Positions 11,128 to 22,214 of a stretch of DNA of 64,000 bases are shown here, piece after piece; position 1 is the stretch's first letter, and every line of letters starts with the position of its first letter. The notes beneath the pieces were generated by a model. The model did no database searches. It was not told the origin of the DNA and saw nothing but the letters and a program-made list of their open reading frames with translations. The stretch is taken from IMG/VR virus record IMGVR_UViG_3300025678_000005; one strand, written 5' to 3'. A program made the translations under genes and the position numbers. The DNA comes from a virus (taxonomy: Duplodnaviria; Caudoviricetes).

Positions 11128-11937
11128 ATGGATAAAAAAGAACAACTTACTGCGTATATTTGGAAAGGCGCCAAATTAGTTGATGCAGATGGTAATATTG
11201 TACAAGAATCTAAAAAATTAATAGATATGTCAGAAGATGAACTAAATATTTGTTATAGTCATTGCAAAACAATGCTATTCAATCAGGATCCACAAAATCC
11301 TGGAAGATATTTAGTTTTAAAAATGATTGCAGAACAAAAAGATAAACTTGGTACAGAATTATTTTTAAGATATATAGAACAAAATTATAATTTTACCAGA
11401 TTTACTTTATTAACTTCAATAAATGAATTTTTAAACAATAATAAAGAACTTGCAAAAAGTTGTAAACTAACTATTGCAGAAGCAATTCCAAGTGCACCAA
11501 CAGAATATCTAAAAATTCCTCTTTCTCTGATTATTGATGGTTGTTTAGATAGACTTGGTACTTTTGATAAGAGTAAAATAACACGTACTTTTATTTTAAA
11601 ACAGGGTATTTGGCTTACACCAACTGAAGCAAAAGAAATTTTTACTGATATTGATCCAAGTGTAAATAAGTTAGATGTATTAAGAGAAAGGTTAAATTTA
11701 AAAGAACATGAAAGATTGTATCTAAATTCTAAAGGTTTAAATTACACACAAATGCGTGCAATGTTAACGTTAAGACCAAATAAGAAATATTCTGATTTAA
11801 CTACTGTTCAATTAGAAACTTTAAGATACAGACTTTTATTTAATTTAGAGGAAGAAATTCAACAACATATAAATTCATGGGAGGAAAGAATGAAACAAAT
11901 AGAAGAGATTGCAGAATATAAAAACATTAAATTATAA
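11128..11937 (+). CDS. hypothetical protein upstream of DNA polymerase
   Basis: 269 aa ORF in the tightly packed replication operon. Confidence 0.6.
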   Translation: MDKKEQLTAYIWKGAKLVDADGNIVQESKKLIDMSEDELNICYSHCKTMLFNQDPQNPGRYLVLKMIAEQKDKLGTELFLRYIEQNYNFTRFTLLTSINEFLNNNKELAKSCKLTIAEAIPSAPTEYLKIPLSLIIDGCLDRLGTFDKSKITRTFILKQGIWLTPTEAKEIFTDIDPSVNKLDVLRERLNLKEHERLYLNSKGLNYTQMRAMLTLRPNKKYSDLTTVQLETLRYRLLFNLEEEIQQHINSWEERMKQIEEIAEYKNIKL

Positions 11938-12200
11938 GAAAATGAAATTTTTTGTGGATTATAAATGTACAGTTTGGCAAAGAGTTTTTTATGAGGCAGA
12001 TGTAAATAGTAAAGAAGAATTAATTAAAAAATATGGTGAAAACATTATAAATACATTTAAAGATGGTGAGCCTACATCTGATTGTGAATTAATTGATTCT
12101 ACAATATTATTTGATACTGTAATGCCTATACTTCCAGAAGATAATCAGGGAAATCCAACTGTTGAGATATATGATATGGAAGGTAATTTACTTATGGATA

Positions 12201-14129
12201 ATGTCAATAATACATCTTATAAATAATAAAGGAACTTCCACAATCTCACTTGAAGAATCTATTAAAATTCTTGATAATCTTGATGAAATAAGTCTTGATA
12301 CAGAAACTACTGGTTTGGATCCACACACAAAAAAATTATTATTACTTCAATTAGGTAATTATGATGTACAATTATTGTATGATATAGAAAGTTTTAATTA
12401 TAAAATTCCAGAACAATTAAAAAAATTTCTAAATACAACCAAATCGTTATTTATTATACAAAATGCTAAATTTGATTTAAAATTTTTATTCAAGCAAGGA
12501 GTGATTATTAAAAAAGTTTTTGATACTTTTTTAGCTGAAACAATTATAACTATTGGAGAAAAATTTTATGAAAAGAGCCTTAAAGCATTAGCGGAAAAAT
12601 ACTGCAATGTGACATTGGATAAGACTGTAAGAGGAAAAATTATAAAAGACGGTTTGACTGATGAAGTTTTACTTTATGGAGCGAATGATATTAAATATTT
12701 ACAGCAAATTAAAGAAAGACAAGTTCAAACAGCAAAAAAATTAAATTTAATCAATGCAATTAATTTGGATAATAATTTTGTTATAGTTTTAGCCTACGTT
12801 GAATTCTGTGGTATTAAATTAGATTATAATAAATGGCGAATTAAAGTTAATAATGATTTACAAATATTAAAAAATGCAGAAAGTAAATTAAATAGTTATG
12901 TTATAGAGAATGGATATAAAGTATGTGCACAACACAATTTATTTTCTACAGAATTGGATGTTGAAATTAATTGGACTTCTCCACAACAAGTAACTAAAAT
13001 ATTTAATTTTTTTGGTATTAATACAACAGTTACAGAACATGGAGAGATTAAATATTCAATTTCTAAAAATGTGTTAGAATCACAAGCAAGAGATTTTGAA
13101 TTAGTTAGACTGTATCTAGAGTATAAAAAAGCTGAAACAAATGTAACAAAATTTGGTTATAAGTGGAAAGAATATATTAATCCTGTTACAGGAAGAATAC
13201 ATACTTCTTATAAACAAATTTTAAATACTGGTAGAATTTCAAGTGGAGATAGAAACGATAATGCTCCAAATTTACAAAACTTAAGTTCTGATAATTTAAC
13301 TAGAAGTTGTTTTATACCAGAAAATGGTAATCTACTAATAGATGCAGATTATCACGCACAGGAACAAATAATTCTAGCTAATTTTTCACAGGAGCCTAAT
13401 TTACTTCGTTTTTATGAAAGAGGTTTTACTGATATTCATTCTTATGTTACATTTTTAATGTATCCAGAAGTGAGAAGGTGTAGTTTAGAGGATTTAACTC
13501 CAAAAGAGCTAGATTATATAAAAGAAACCTTTCCACAACTAAGAAAAAAAGCCAAATCCGCTGGATTTGCGATAAATTACGGCGGAAATGGCCTAACAAT
13601 TGCAGCAAGATGTAATATAAGTAAAGATGAGGGTGAATATGTATATATAACTTACTTTCATGCTTTTCCAAAATTAAAGGAATATTTTGATTATGTTACG
13701 TCTAAAACATTAAATAGTGGATATATTACCTTCAATAATATTACTGGTAGAAAATTCTTTTTTAACATTAAAGAAAATCCTTATTATCAGTATAAAGAAA
13801 CTCATAATGAAAAATTAAGAAGATCAGCAGATCAGATAAGGTCTCAAATAGCCAGATATTCACAGAATTATCCTATACAAGGTACTGCTGCGGATATTAC
13901 AAAATTTGCTGGTATTTTACTATTTAAACAGATACTTGATCATAATCTATTTAATGTAGTAAAAATAATTAATTTGGTTCATGATGAAATATTAATTGAA
14001 GTTCCACAAGAAATGTCTGAAGAATGGAAAGAAATATTAATAAATTGTATGGAAAAAGCAGGTAATTTATTTTGCAAAATTTTTCCTTTACATGCAGAAG
14101 CATTAATTGGAAATTATTGGATACACTAA
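12201..14129 (+). CDS. polA: DNA polymerase family A with 3'-5' exonuclease
   Basis: Exonuclease motifs DTETTG, NAKFD, YGAND; TGRISS..PNLQN; motif A DADY.AQE; motif B RKKAK..GFAINYG; motif C VHDE. Confidence 0.95.
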   Translation: MSIIHLINNKGTSTISLEESIKILDNLDEISLDTETTGLDPHTKKLLLLQLGNYDVQLLYDIESFNYKIPEQLKKFLNTTKSLFIIQNAKFDLKFLFKQGVIIKKVFDTFLAETIITIGEKFYEKSLKALAEKYCNVTLDKTVRGKIIKDGLTDEVLLYGANDIKYLQQIKERQVQTAKKLNLINAINLDNNFVIVLAYVEFCGIKLDYNKWRIKVNNDLQILKNAESKLNSYVIENGYKVCAQHNLFSTELDVEINWTSPQQVTKIFNFFGINTTVTEHGEIKYSISKNVLESQARDFELVRLYLEYKKAETNVTKFGYKWKEYINPVTGRIHTSYKQILNTGRISSGDRNDNAPNLQNLSSDNLTRSCFIPENGNLLIDADYHAQEQIILANFSQEPNLLRFYERGFTDIHSYVTFLMYPEVRRCSLEDLTPKELDYIKETFPQLRKKAKSAGFAINYGGNGLTIAARCNISKDEGEYVYITYFHAFPKLKEYFDYVTSKTLNSGYITFNNITGRKFFFNIKENPYYQYKETHNEKLRRSADQIRSQIARYSQNYPIQGTAADITKFAGILLFKQILDHNLFNVVKIINLVHDEILIEVPQEMSEEWKEILINCMEKAGNLFCKIFPLHAEALIGNYWIH

Positions 14130-15355
14130 TGAATAGAACAGAAAGACAAAATCTTGGAATACAGAAATGGATAAATGCTGGTTGCAGGGGAACTTTAGAG
14201 TGGACTACTGGAACTGGAAAAACTTATGCAGCCTTAACTGCAATAAAGAGTTTTCTCACTACAAATAAAAATAAAATAATAACTGTAATTGTTCCTACAG
14301 AAAATTTAAAAGTACAATGGTTGGATAAATTAACAAAATATAATTTATTTCAATATGTTAATGTAGAGATTATCAATTCAGCTATTAAAAGAAATGATAA
14401 AATAAATTTTATTATTTTAGATGAAGTTCATAAAATACCTACTAATACTGCAATAAGCATTTTTAAAAAAAGAAATCCAGATTTAATTTTAGGGCTTTCT
14501 GCTACGTTTAATAGGTTAGATGGAAGACATATATGGTTAAATGATTTATGTCCTGTTATAGATACTATTTCTGTAAAAGAAGCAGTTGAAAATAACTGGT
14601 TATCTACTTATAGAGAATATAAAGTTTTAATTGAACCTGACGACATAGAAGTATTTAATGATTATAGTTTAAAATTTACAGAAGCTTTTTCTATTTTTAA
14701 TTTTGATTTTAAGTTAGCAATGAATTGTGTTACAGATATTGTTGAAAGACGAAAATATGCTAAAATGCTAGGAATAACACAATCAGAAATGACTGCTATA
14801 ACTTTTTTATGGAAAAATATGTTACATGAAAGAAAAGCATATATAGCAAACCATCCTAAAAAATTAGAAATAGCCAGGAAGATTATACAAAATAGACCTA
14901 CAAGTAAGATAATAACTTTTTCTTCAACTATTAAACAGGCAGAATTGATTGGATATGGAATAACTGTTCACTCTAAAAAAACAAAACTACAAAATAGAAT
15001 TCTGATTAATGATTTTATAAGTAAACCAAGCGGTGTCATAAACACAGCAAAGTCACTTGATGAGGGAATAGATATTCCAGATTTAGATGTTGCAATTATA
15101 TTATCTAATACTTCTTCAAAAACACAAAAAACTCAAAGAATTGGTAGAGTTATCCGTTATGAAGAAAACAAAGTAGCAGAAATATTTAATTTAATATTAA
15201 AAGGAACTAATGAAGAAAATTGGTTTCAAAAATCTACTGTTAATCAAAAATTTATAGAAATTAATGAAAAAGAATTGGAAGATGTTTTACTTTATATTCC
15301 GACTTATAAAATTGAACAAGAAGGAAAAGACTTAGATTCATTATTTATTTATTAA
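14129..15355 (+). CDS. superfamily 2 (DEAD/DEAH-type) helicase
   Basis: TGTGKT, DEVH, LSAT, LDEGID and QRIGRVIR motifs; TAATG coupling to polA. Confidence 0.9.
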   Translation: MNRTERQNLGIQKWINAGCRGTLEWTTGTGKTYAALTAIKSFLTTNKNKIITVIVPTENLKVQWLDKLTKYNLFQYVNVEIINSAIKRNDKINFIILDEVHKIPTNTAISIFKKRNPDLILGLSATFNRLDGRHIWLNDLCPVIDTISVKEAVENNWLSTYREYKVLIEPDDIEVFNDYSLKFTEAFSIFNFDFKLAMNCVTDIVERRKYAKMLGITQSEMTAITFLWKNMLHERKAYIANHPKKLEIARKIIQNRPTSKIITFSSTIKQAELIGYGITVHSKKTKLQNRILINDFISKPSGVINTAKSLDEGIDIPDLDVAIILSNTSSKTQKTQRIGRVIRYEENKVAEIFNLILKGTNEENWFQKSTVNQKFIEINEKELEDVLLYIPTYKIEQEGKDLDSLFIY

Positions 15356-15385
15356 AAATAGATAATATATTTATATCTATATTAC

Positions 15386-15420
15386 CTCTTTATAAAAGAC
15401 TATAAAAGTTTATAAGAGAG
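15386..15420 (+). other. imperfect intergenic stem-loop
   Basis: CTCTTTATAAA...TTTATAAGAGAG. Confidence 0.35.
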
Positions 15421-15443
15421 CTGGGTACAAAGTTTTTATATAT

Positions 15444-16058
15444 ATGATTAAAAATAATTTATCTTTTGAAGAAGAAATATCCATAATGATTCATTATGAT
15501 ATAAGTCCTAATGAGTTATTTATACTGAGATTGTTGATGTTGGCAAAAGATGGAGATACTTCATTAATAAAAAGATATATTACTAATGTACCTTCTGGAA
15601 AGAAAATACTTATAGATTGTTTAGATACATTAAAAAACAAAAAAATAATATCCTCTTCATTTAATCTACCAGAAGATGGGGAAACATTAAGTTTAACAAC
15701 AGTACCTATTAATAAGAATTTTATTAAGACTTTTATAAGAGAGGCCAATCAAATAGGCAAAGAGTTTTTTGATGCATATCCTCCATTTATTTATATTAAT
15801 GGAAAAATGACGCCAATTAGAAACTTTGCAAAAGCAGGTTTATATACCTTTGATGAATTTTGTTTGTTTTATGCTAAGACTATAAAAGATTCTGCTGTTA
15901 CACATGAAAGAATATTGGAAGATTTACAATTCGCTAAAGAAAATAATTTAATTTCTTTCTCAATATTAGAATTTTTAGCTTCTCATAAGTGGGAAGAAAT
16001 TGAATATATTAGAAATAGTGGAGAGATAAATGGATATAACAATACAGAATTAATCTAA
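15444..16058 (+). CDS. putative replication initiator or helicase-loader-like protein
   Basis: Directly upstream of and coupled to DnaB; EFF..YP motif; function inferred from position only. Confidence 0.4.
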   Translation: MIKNNLSFEEEISIMIHYDISPNELFILRLLMLAKDGDTSLIKRYITNVPSGKKILIDCLDTLKNKKIISSSFNLPEDGETLSLTTVPINKNFIKTFIREANQIGKEFFDAYPPFIYINGKMTPIRNFAKAGLYTFDEFCLFYAKTIKDSAVTHERILEDLQFAKENNLISFSILEFLASHKWEEIEYIRNSGEINGYNNTELI

Positions 16059-17065
16059 TGGATTATATAAAAGATTTTATTGATAATGTCAATAATGGTA
16101 AGAAAGGAAAAAATGTTGGTATATCTACTGGATTAAATAAATTAGACAATTTAATTTATGGAATTCAAAAGAAATATTTATATTTAATTGGATCAGATTC
16201 TGGGGCGGGTAAAAGTTCTTTTGTAATTGATATTTTTCTTTATAATCTATTTAAAAATAATAAAAACAACAAAATAGAAATATTACTATATTCGTTTGAA
16301 ATGGATGTAAATGTAATATTTGCAAAATTATCCTCTCTTTACATTTATGATACATATCATGTAGTTATTAATTATGGAGACATTTTATCTCTAAGTAGTC
16401 CAATTAATGATTTGTATTATAGTTATGTATTAAACAGTGTTGAATGGATAAAAACAATAGTAAATCATATTACTATTTATGATAAACCACTTTCACCAAC
16501 TGCTATATATGGAACTTGTAAGGAATGGTTAAGTAAATTTGGTGAATTTATTAGACTTGGCGAGCATAAAGAAGATTATATAGAAAAAGATTCAGATATT
16601 TATAAAATAGTTATAATAGACCACCTAGGCTTAATTAGTGGGCCTGAATCAAAAAAACAAAAGATGGATACCGTTTCTGATTATTTTATTTACTTTAGAA
16701 ATAAATGTAAAATAACTGGTGTATTTATACAACAATTAAATAGAAATTCAAAGTCTGTTGAACGAAAAACTAATGGATATGAACTTTTGGATAATGCAGA
16801 TTTAAGTGATTCTTCTGTTCCCGCACAGGCAGCAGAAACAATTCTTTTATTATATTATCCTTATAGAGAAAAAATACCTAGAGTAGAAGGGTATCCAATA
16901 CAAAATGTTTTAAAACATAAGTTTAGATTATTACAATGCACTAAAAATAGATTTGGACAAGCAGATAAGAATATAGGATTGGTTTTTCATGGAGAGATAG
17001 GCCTCTTCAAAGAATTACCAAAACCAGAAGATATAAGTGATTATAGTAAATATATTATGTTATAA
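16058..17065 (+). CDS. dnaB: DnaB-like replicative helicase
   Basis: GISTG...LD, GSDSGAGKS, SFEM, IIDHLGL, QQLNR and KNRFG motifs. Confidence 0.9.
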   Translation: MDYIKDFIDNVNNGKKGKNVGISTGLNKLDNLIYGIQKKYLYLIGSDSGAGKSSFVIDIFLYNLFKNNKNNKIEILLYSFEMDVNVIFAKLSSLYIYDTYHVVINYGDILSLSSPINDLYYSYVLNSVEWIKTIVNHITIYDKPLSPTAIYGTCKEWLSKFGEFIRLGEHKEDYIEKDSDIYKIVIIDHLGLISGPESKKQKMDTVSDYFIYFRNKCKITGVFIQQLNRNSKSVERKTNGYELLDNADLSDSSVPAQAAETILLLYYPYREKIPRVEGYPIQNVLKHKFRLLQCTKNRFGQADKNIGLVFHGEIGLFKELPKPEDISDYSKYIML

Positions 17066-17069
17066 AAAT

Positions 17070-17819
17070 ATGGAACTACCAAAAGTAAAAATACCAGCAG
17101 AACATAAAGATCCTAAATATTTAATAATGTTTGGCTTGCCAAAAGTTGGTAAAACAACTATAGTAGCTCAATTACCAAAATGTCTAATAGTAGATTTAGA
17201 AAAAGGTTCTACTTATGTAGAGGCTTATAAAGTAAAAGCTTCTAATTATGTAGAATTGTTTGAAATAGCCAAAGCATTAAGAGCAAATCCAGGACAATAT
17301 AATTTTGTAGCTCTTGATACAGTAACTGCTTTGGAAGATATAGCTTTACCATATGCAAATAAATTATATAGAAATACTCCTATGGGTGTAAATTTTGACC
17401 CAAAAGAAAATATTTTAAAACTTCCAAATGGAGCTGGATATTTATATTTTAGACAGGCTATGGAAGAAATAATTGGTTGGTTTACTAATGCTGTACAGAA
17501 TGTTATATTAATAGGACACGTTAAAGAAAAATCTTTAAATGAAAAAGGAACTGAAATGAATGTTATAGACCTAGATGTAACTGGAAAAATGGGAAGAATA
17601 TTATCTTCTCTTTCAGATGCTATTTGTTATGTCTATAGAGATCCAGAAACAAATGAGTTATATGCTAATTTTGGGACAAGTGCTTCAGTCTTATCTGGTT
17701 CAAGATTAGATAACCTTTCTGGTCAAACAATTCTTCTATCTAAAAAAGAAAAAGATGGTACAATTAAAACTTATTGGGAAAATATTTATCCATCTTTAAA
17801 AGATAACAAAAAGGAATAA
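17070..17819 (+). CDS. AAA_24/Sak4-like ATPase
   Basis: G.PKVGKTT, DLE.G, LDTVT and IGH motifs. Confidence 0.8.
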   Translation: MELPKVKIPAEHKDPKYLIMFGLPKVGKTTIVAQLPKCLIVDLEKGSTYVEAYKVKASNYVELFEIAKALRANPGQYNFVALDTVTALEDIALPYANKLYRNTPMGVNFDPKENILKLPNGAGYLYFRQAMEEIIGWFTNAVQNVILIGHVKEKSLNEKGTEMNVIDLDVTGKMGRILSSLSDAICYVYRDPETNELYANFGTSASVLSGSRLDNLSGQTILLSKKEKDGTIKTYWENIYPSLKDNKKE

Positions 17820-17844
17820 TATTATTTATAAAAATTAAGATAAA

Positions 17845-18345
17845 ATGTTAAAATTAATAACAATTACAATGCAATTAGATACTTTAACACAAAAAATATC
17901 TAATGTAAGAACAACGATCAAAGATATAAATACAATTATAGAATCTGATCCTATTGCTATTTTAAATGAAAACACATTGGAATTCAATCAGGTCGCTTTA
18001 GAATTATTAGGTGCGGTTCCAGGAGACAGAATTGAAATAGCATGGGTCTATATTGAAAATAAATTCAAACCTGTTGTATTTAAGTCTGAAACACGAGGAA
18101 ATTTATTATCTAAAAATAATAGAATAATTTGTAAGGGAACAACTTCAAAGGATTTAGGTAAAATAGCAAATAAATTTTATATTGTTCCATTTGAAGATAT
18201 GTTTCTTCTTGTTACTGAAGATGAATATAGTTTTCCAGAAAGTGATGATCTAAATGATTTAACTAAAATTGATTTGGAAAACTATAATATAAATAATTTA
18301 GATGATGATAATTTTCAGATAAATATGCTAGACTCTAAAATTTAA
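17845..18345 (+). CDS. hypothetical protein
   Basis: ORF track, acidic tail. Confidence 0.55.
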   Translation: MLKLITITMQLDTLTQKISNVRTTIKDINTIIESDPIAILNENTLEFNQVALELLGAVPGDRIEIAWVYIENKFKPVVFKSETRGNLLSKNNRIICKGTTSKDLGKIANKFYIVPFEDMFLLVTEDEYSFPESDDLNDLTKIDLENYNINNLDDDNFQINMLDSKI

Positions 18346-18350
18346 AAAGT

Positions 18351-19067
18351 ATGAATTTTTCATTTGACATTACTGCAAAAGCATCACAAAATTTAACACA
18401 ACAAAGATTGCCTGGAAATGCTGTACACAAAGTAACTTTTGTAAAATGTGAAGCAGTAGATATACCTGGGGTTAAACATCCTGGAGAAGTTTATAAAGTA
18501 TTAAGATTTAGATTTGAAAATGAAAATGGTTATTTTGAACACACTGTTTTTGAACCGAAGGAGGGAGACGACCAAAGAAAAAGTATAACTGTTCGTGATA
18601 AAAATGGTAATATGAATGAAATCGAACAGTCATCTAATATTGAAAATATAATGTTACTTTTTAAACATATTATTGATGCTATTAATCCAGAAGTTGCCGC
18701 TAAAATAGATGCTGGAACTGCAAGTTTAAAAGCTTCAAATTGGGATGAGTTAAGAAATATAATGTGTAAGATTTTAAACCCAAAAGCAGGTACAGAAACA
18801 AATATTAAATTATTAAAAAATAATAATGGAGATGCAGTTTTTCCAAGTTATTTTACGAGGGTTGTAAAAACTGAAAAATATCCTAATGGTTTAGCAGTTA
18901 TTAGGAATAATTTCATTGGAGATAAAATAGCTTTTACAGCTTATGAAATGGATCGTATTCAAAAACAAATAATAAAAGAAAAAGATACCGCTCCAAGTAC
19001 TGTTTTTGAAGACACCCAAACAGATGATGCACCAGAATATTTATCTTTTGATGTAGATACATTATAA
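18351..19067 (+). CDS. putative single-stranded DNA-binding protein
   Basis: Lies between the Sak4-like ATPase and primase; beta-rich N-terminus; acidic/aromatic C-terminal tail. Confidence 0.45.
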   Translation: MNFSFDITAKASQNLTQQRLPGNAVHKVTFVKCEAVDIPGVKHPGEVYKVLRFRFENENGYFEHTVFEPKEGDDQRKSITVRDKNGNMNEIEQSSNIENIMLLFKHIIDAINPEVAAKIDAGTASLKASNWDELRNIMCKILNPKAGTETNIKLLKNNNGDAVFPSYFTRVVKTEKYPNGLAVIRNNFIGDKIAFTAYEMDRIQKQIIKEKDTAPSTVFEDTQTDDAPEYLSFDVDTL

Positions 19068-19069
19068 TA

Positions 19070-20071
19070 ATGAATTTTGAATTGGTTGTTTTACCTAAAT
19101 TAACCAGAGAACTTTTATTGGAAAATAACACCCAGGAGACATATTTTGAACACTACCTGGGTGTTCCAATAAAAAAGGGCTTATTTAGAAGCCCTGCAAT
19201 GATAAGAAAAGATATTAATCCAACTTGTGCTTTTTATAAAGATAAAAAAGGAAGATTAATCTATAAAGATTTTGCTGGGCCTACATTTGATTTTGTTGGC
19301 TGTGTAATGTATTTATATGGTTGTAATTACTATAATGCTTTAAAAATTATTGCAAATGATTTTAATATAATAAATTACACTAATTTAGAAAAACATCAAC
19401 CAAAAATTCAATACACTAATACTGTATTAGAAAAGACTACAAGAGCTAAAATTTTTGTTACTATAAAAGATTTTACTACCGAAGAACTCGATTGGTGGAA
19501 ATCTTTTGGTATTTCTTTATCAACTTTAAAAAAATTTAAAGTTTTTTCAATAGATGAGGTTTATCTTAATGGTGTATTTATAATAAAATCTACTACAAAA
19601 AATCCAATTTTTGGTTATTATGGTGGTCAGACAAAAGAAAAAGATTATTTATGGCGTTTATATATGCCAAACAAAATAAAAAATAGATTTATAAGTAACT
19701 GGCCAGCAAGTATGATACAGGGTATAAAGCAATTACCTAAAAATGGTAATTATATTATTATTACTAAATCTCTAAAAGATGTTATGTCTTTATTTGAATT
19801 TGGAATTCCAGCTATAGCTCCTAATACAGAAAATATTTTTCTTACTGAAAAACAGTATGAAAAGTTAAAATTAAGATTTAACGATATATATCTATTATAT
19901 GATCGAGATCTTCCTGGTGTTAAAGCAGCACAGAAAATTAGAAAACAATTTAGTGATATAAAGGTATTATTAATGCCTGGATCGAAGGATTTTTCAGATT
20001 ATGTAAAAAAATATGGCATTCTAAAAACTTTTAATTTAATAGAGTTATGGCAAAAAAGAACAAATCAATAA
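19070..20071 (+). CDS. DNA primase (crAss-type, Toprim)
   Basis: SP..R.D..P.C, YKDF, ITKS.KDVM, YDRD..G and KDFSD motifs. Confidence 0.85.
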   Translation: MNFELVVLPKLTRELLLENNTQETYFEHYLGVPIKKGLFRSPAMIRKDINPTCAFYKDKKGRLIYKDFAGPTFDFVGCVMYLYGCNYYNALKIIANDFNIINYTNLEKHQPKIQYTNTVLEKTTRAKIFVTIKDFTTEELDWWKSFGISLSTLKKFKVFSIDEVYLNGVFIIKSTTKNPIFGYYGGQTKEKDYLWRLYMPNKIKNRFISNWPASMIQGIKQLPKNGNYIIITKSLKDVMSLFEFGIPAIAPNTENIFLTEKQYEKLKLRFNDIYLLYDRDLPGVKAAQKIRKQFSDIKVLLMPGSKDFSDYVKKYGILKTFNLIELWQKRTNQ

Positions 20072-20448
20072 GACAAAATATTGGAAAATACTCTAAAAGA
20101 AAGGGAAGTTCTTATGAGAGACAAATAGCAAAAGAATTAAGAGAATTAACTGGTAATGAAAATATAACGACTAGTAGGGCTTCTAATAAAAAATTAGATA
20201 GTATGAAAATTGATATACATGATGAAGATAATATTCTTCCATGTTATATACAAACAAAAAAGACACAGTCAACGCCACAAATTAAAAAAATAAATACAGA
20301 AGTTGGTAAAATTGATAAACCTTTAGCAATCTTTTGGAATATACAAGAAAAAAAAGATGGTAATATAAATATTACATCTGCTGGCGAATATGTAATAATT
20401 TCAAAAGATTTTTTTTATAAGATTCTAAAACAAGTAATGAAAAAATAA
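20047..20448 (+). CDS. Holliday junction resolvase-like PD-(D/E)xK nuclease
   Basis: KG.SYER.IA..L, D and IQTK motifs. Confidence 0.7.
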   Translation: MAKKNKSIRQNIGKYSKRKGSSYERQIAKELRELTGNENITTSRASNKKLDSMKIDIHDEDNILPCYIQTKKTQSTPQIKKINTEVGKIDKPLAIFWNIQEKKDGNINITSAGEYVIISKDFFYKILKQVMKK

Positions 20449-20449
20449 T

Positions 20450-20947
20450 ATGAGGCAATTAAGAATTGCATTGGATATAGATGATACATTGTCTAATTTT
20501 TCTGAAGAATATGCTATATTTTGTAATGATCCGACATTAAAAAATATTACTAAAAATGTATATTATTTAAGGAATCATAAAAATTTTTGGGAAAATTTAA
20601 AAGTAATACATTATCCAGATTTTGTACCACACGTTTATTGTACCAGACGTATAAATTCAAAAAGATTTACAAAAAATTGGCTTTTAAAAAATAATCTTCC
20701 AGATAGACCAGTATATCAAATATATAGTCAAACTAAAAACAAAGCAGACGTCTTAAGGGGTAGATGCGATCTATTAATTGATGATGATTTTAATAATGTT
20801 TTACAGTGTATAAATTCTAATTTCCCAGCATTATTGATACATAGTCAGAGAAATAAAGATATATGCACACCTTATAAGATTTATGAATTGAAATATAAAG
20901 AAATAGAGAAAAAGTACGATGAGTTATTTAGAAATCATTTTAGATAG
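20450..20947 (+). CDS. HAD-family 5'(3')-nucleotidase-like protein
   Basis: LDIDDTL, K and IDD motifs. Confidence 0.8.
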   Translation: MRQLRIALDIDDTLSNFSEEYAIFCNDPTLKNITKNVYYLRNHKNFWENLKVIHYPDFVPHVYCTRRINSKRFTKNWLLKNNLPDRPVYQIYSQTKNKADVLRGRCDLLIDDDFNNVLQCINSNFPALLIHSQRNKDICTPYKIYELKYKEIEKKYDELFRNHFR

Positions 20948-21875
20948 TATAAGATTTGAAAAAATATCTGATGAAGAATATTTTTCTGACAAATATAAGG
21001 ATTATATTAGTAGCAGCCAATTAAAATTATTAGACCCAAGTAATGGAGGTTCTTTAGAAAAATTTCATTTAGGGTTACAACCTTTATCATCAGATTATAT
21101 AGAATTGGGCAATGCAATACATTGTATGTTATTACAACCAGATTTTTATGAAATTTCTAATATAACTAAACCAGCTGGAAAACTTGGTAAATTTGCTGAT
21201 AGAATGATAGAAATAAATGGAGTGACTGTGGATGACTATATTAGAGTTGCAAAAGAAATTGATTATTATTCTGGTAAATTAACAAAAAAACGCATTGAAA
21301 ATATAGAAAATGAATATTTCTTTTATTGGCAACAAAGACGTGATGAACAAAAATCAGAAAAATGCAAAATTTATCTATCTAATAGTAATTTAAACAAATA
21401 TAATAATTGTATAAATAACATAGATAAAGAAATATTAAATTTACTTAATTCTGAAGAAAATTATAATGAATTTGCTATCTTTGCAGATGTTAAGATAGTT
21501 ATAGATGATAAAGAGGTAATTCTTAAATTAAAAGGAAAAATAGATAATTTAAGTATTGATGAAAAAAATGGTATAGCTACTCTAAATGATATAAAAACTA
21601 CTAGTAATTCTATAGAATATTTTATGGAATCTTCTTTTAATAAATACAAATATTATAGACAGCTAAGTTTTTATTTATGGCTTTTATCTTCTTATTTTAA
21701 GAAGATTGGTAAAAGTTATATTTTTAATATCAATATTATAGCAATAGAAACAGTACCGAATTTTTCATCTAAAATAATAAAGGTTAATAAACACCAGATC
21801 GATAGAGGAATAGATGAAATAAAAACTTTGTTATTAACTTTAGGAAATGAATACATTTCTAAACAAACAAATTAA
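20919..21875 (+). CDS. PD-(D/E)xK exonuclease (RecE/DUF3799-like)
   Basis: ISSSQL, G.AIH..L, KGKID, DIKTT and Y.RQL.FY motifs. Confidence 0.85.
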   Translation: MSYLEIILDSIRFEKISDEEYFSDKYKDYISSSQLKLLDPSNGGSLEKFHLGLQPLSSDYIELGNAIHCMLLQPDFYEISNITKPAGKLGKFADRMIEINGVTVDDYIRVAKEIDYYSGKLTKKRIENIENEYFFYWQQRRDEQKSEKCKIYLSNSNLNKYNNCINNIDKEILNLLNSEENYNEFAIFADVKIVIDDKEVILKLKGKIDNLSIDEKNGIATLNDIKTTSNSIEYFMESSFNKYKYYRQLSFYLWLLSSYFKKIGKSYIFNINIIAIETVPNFSSKIIKVNKHQIDRGIDEIKTLLLTLGNEYISKQTN

Positions 21876-22214
21876 TGAAATTAATGAATTAAGCTATAAT
21901 GAAAAGTATATAGTATATACTAAATTTTTTTCTTTGGGATGCTTTGCCTCTGAAGAATTAAATGATAAATTAGCGCTTATTTCATTATTAGCTTTAGTTA
22001 CATATCAAGTTAAGAAAAAAAACACAGAAATTACTCCATTAAAAATATTAATGGATATAACTAAACAGAAACCAGATGATTCTGTGTACTATCAAATGCT
22101 CGAAGCACTTTCAATAATAACAGAAGATTTTATGTATGGATGTAGTAAATTTGATTCTTTTGGATTGAAAACATCAAGTGAGATAATACAAAAAATAAAA
22201 GAAATTTTAAGCAC

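Noticed and set aside
12201-17065. Inteins in polA or dnaB
   Set aside because: Protein lengths are compact and no C...HN-C/S/T insertion is evident.
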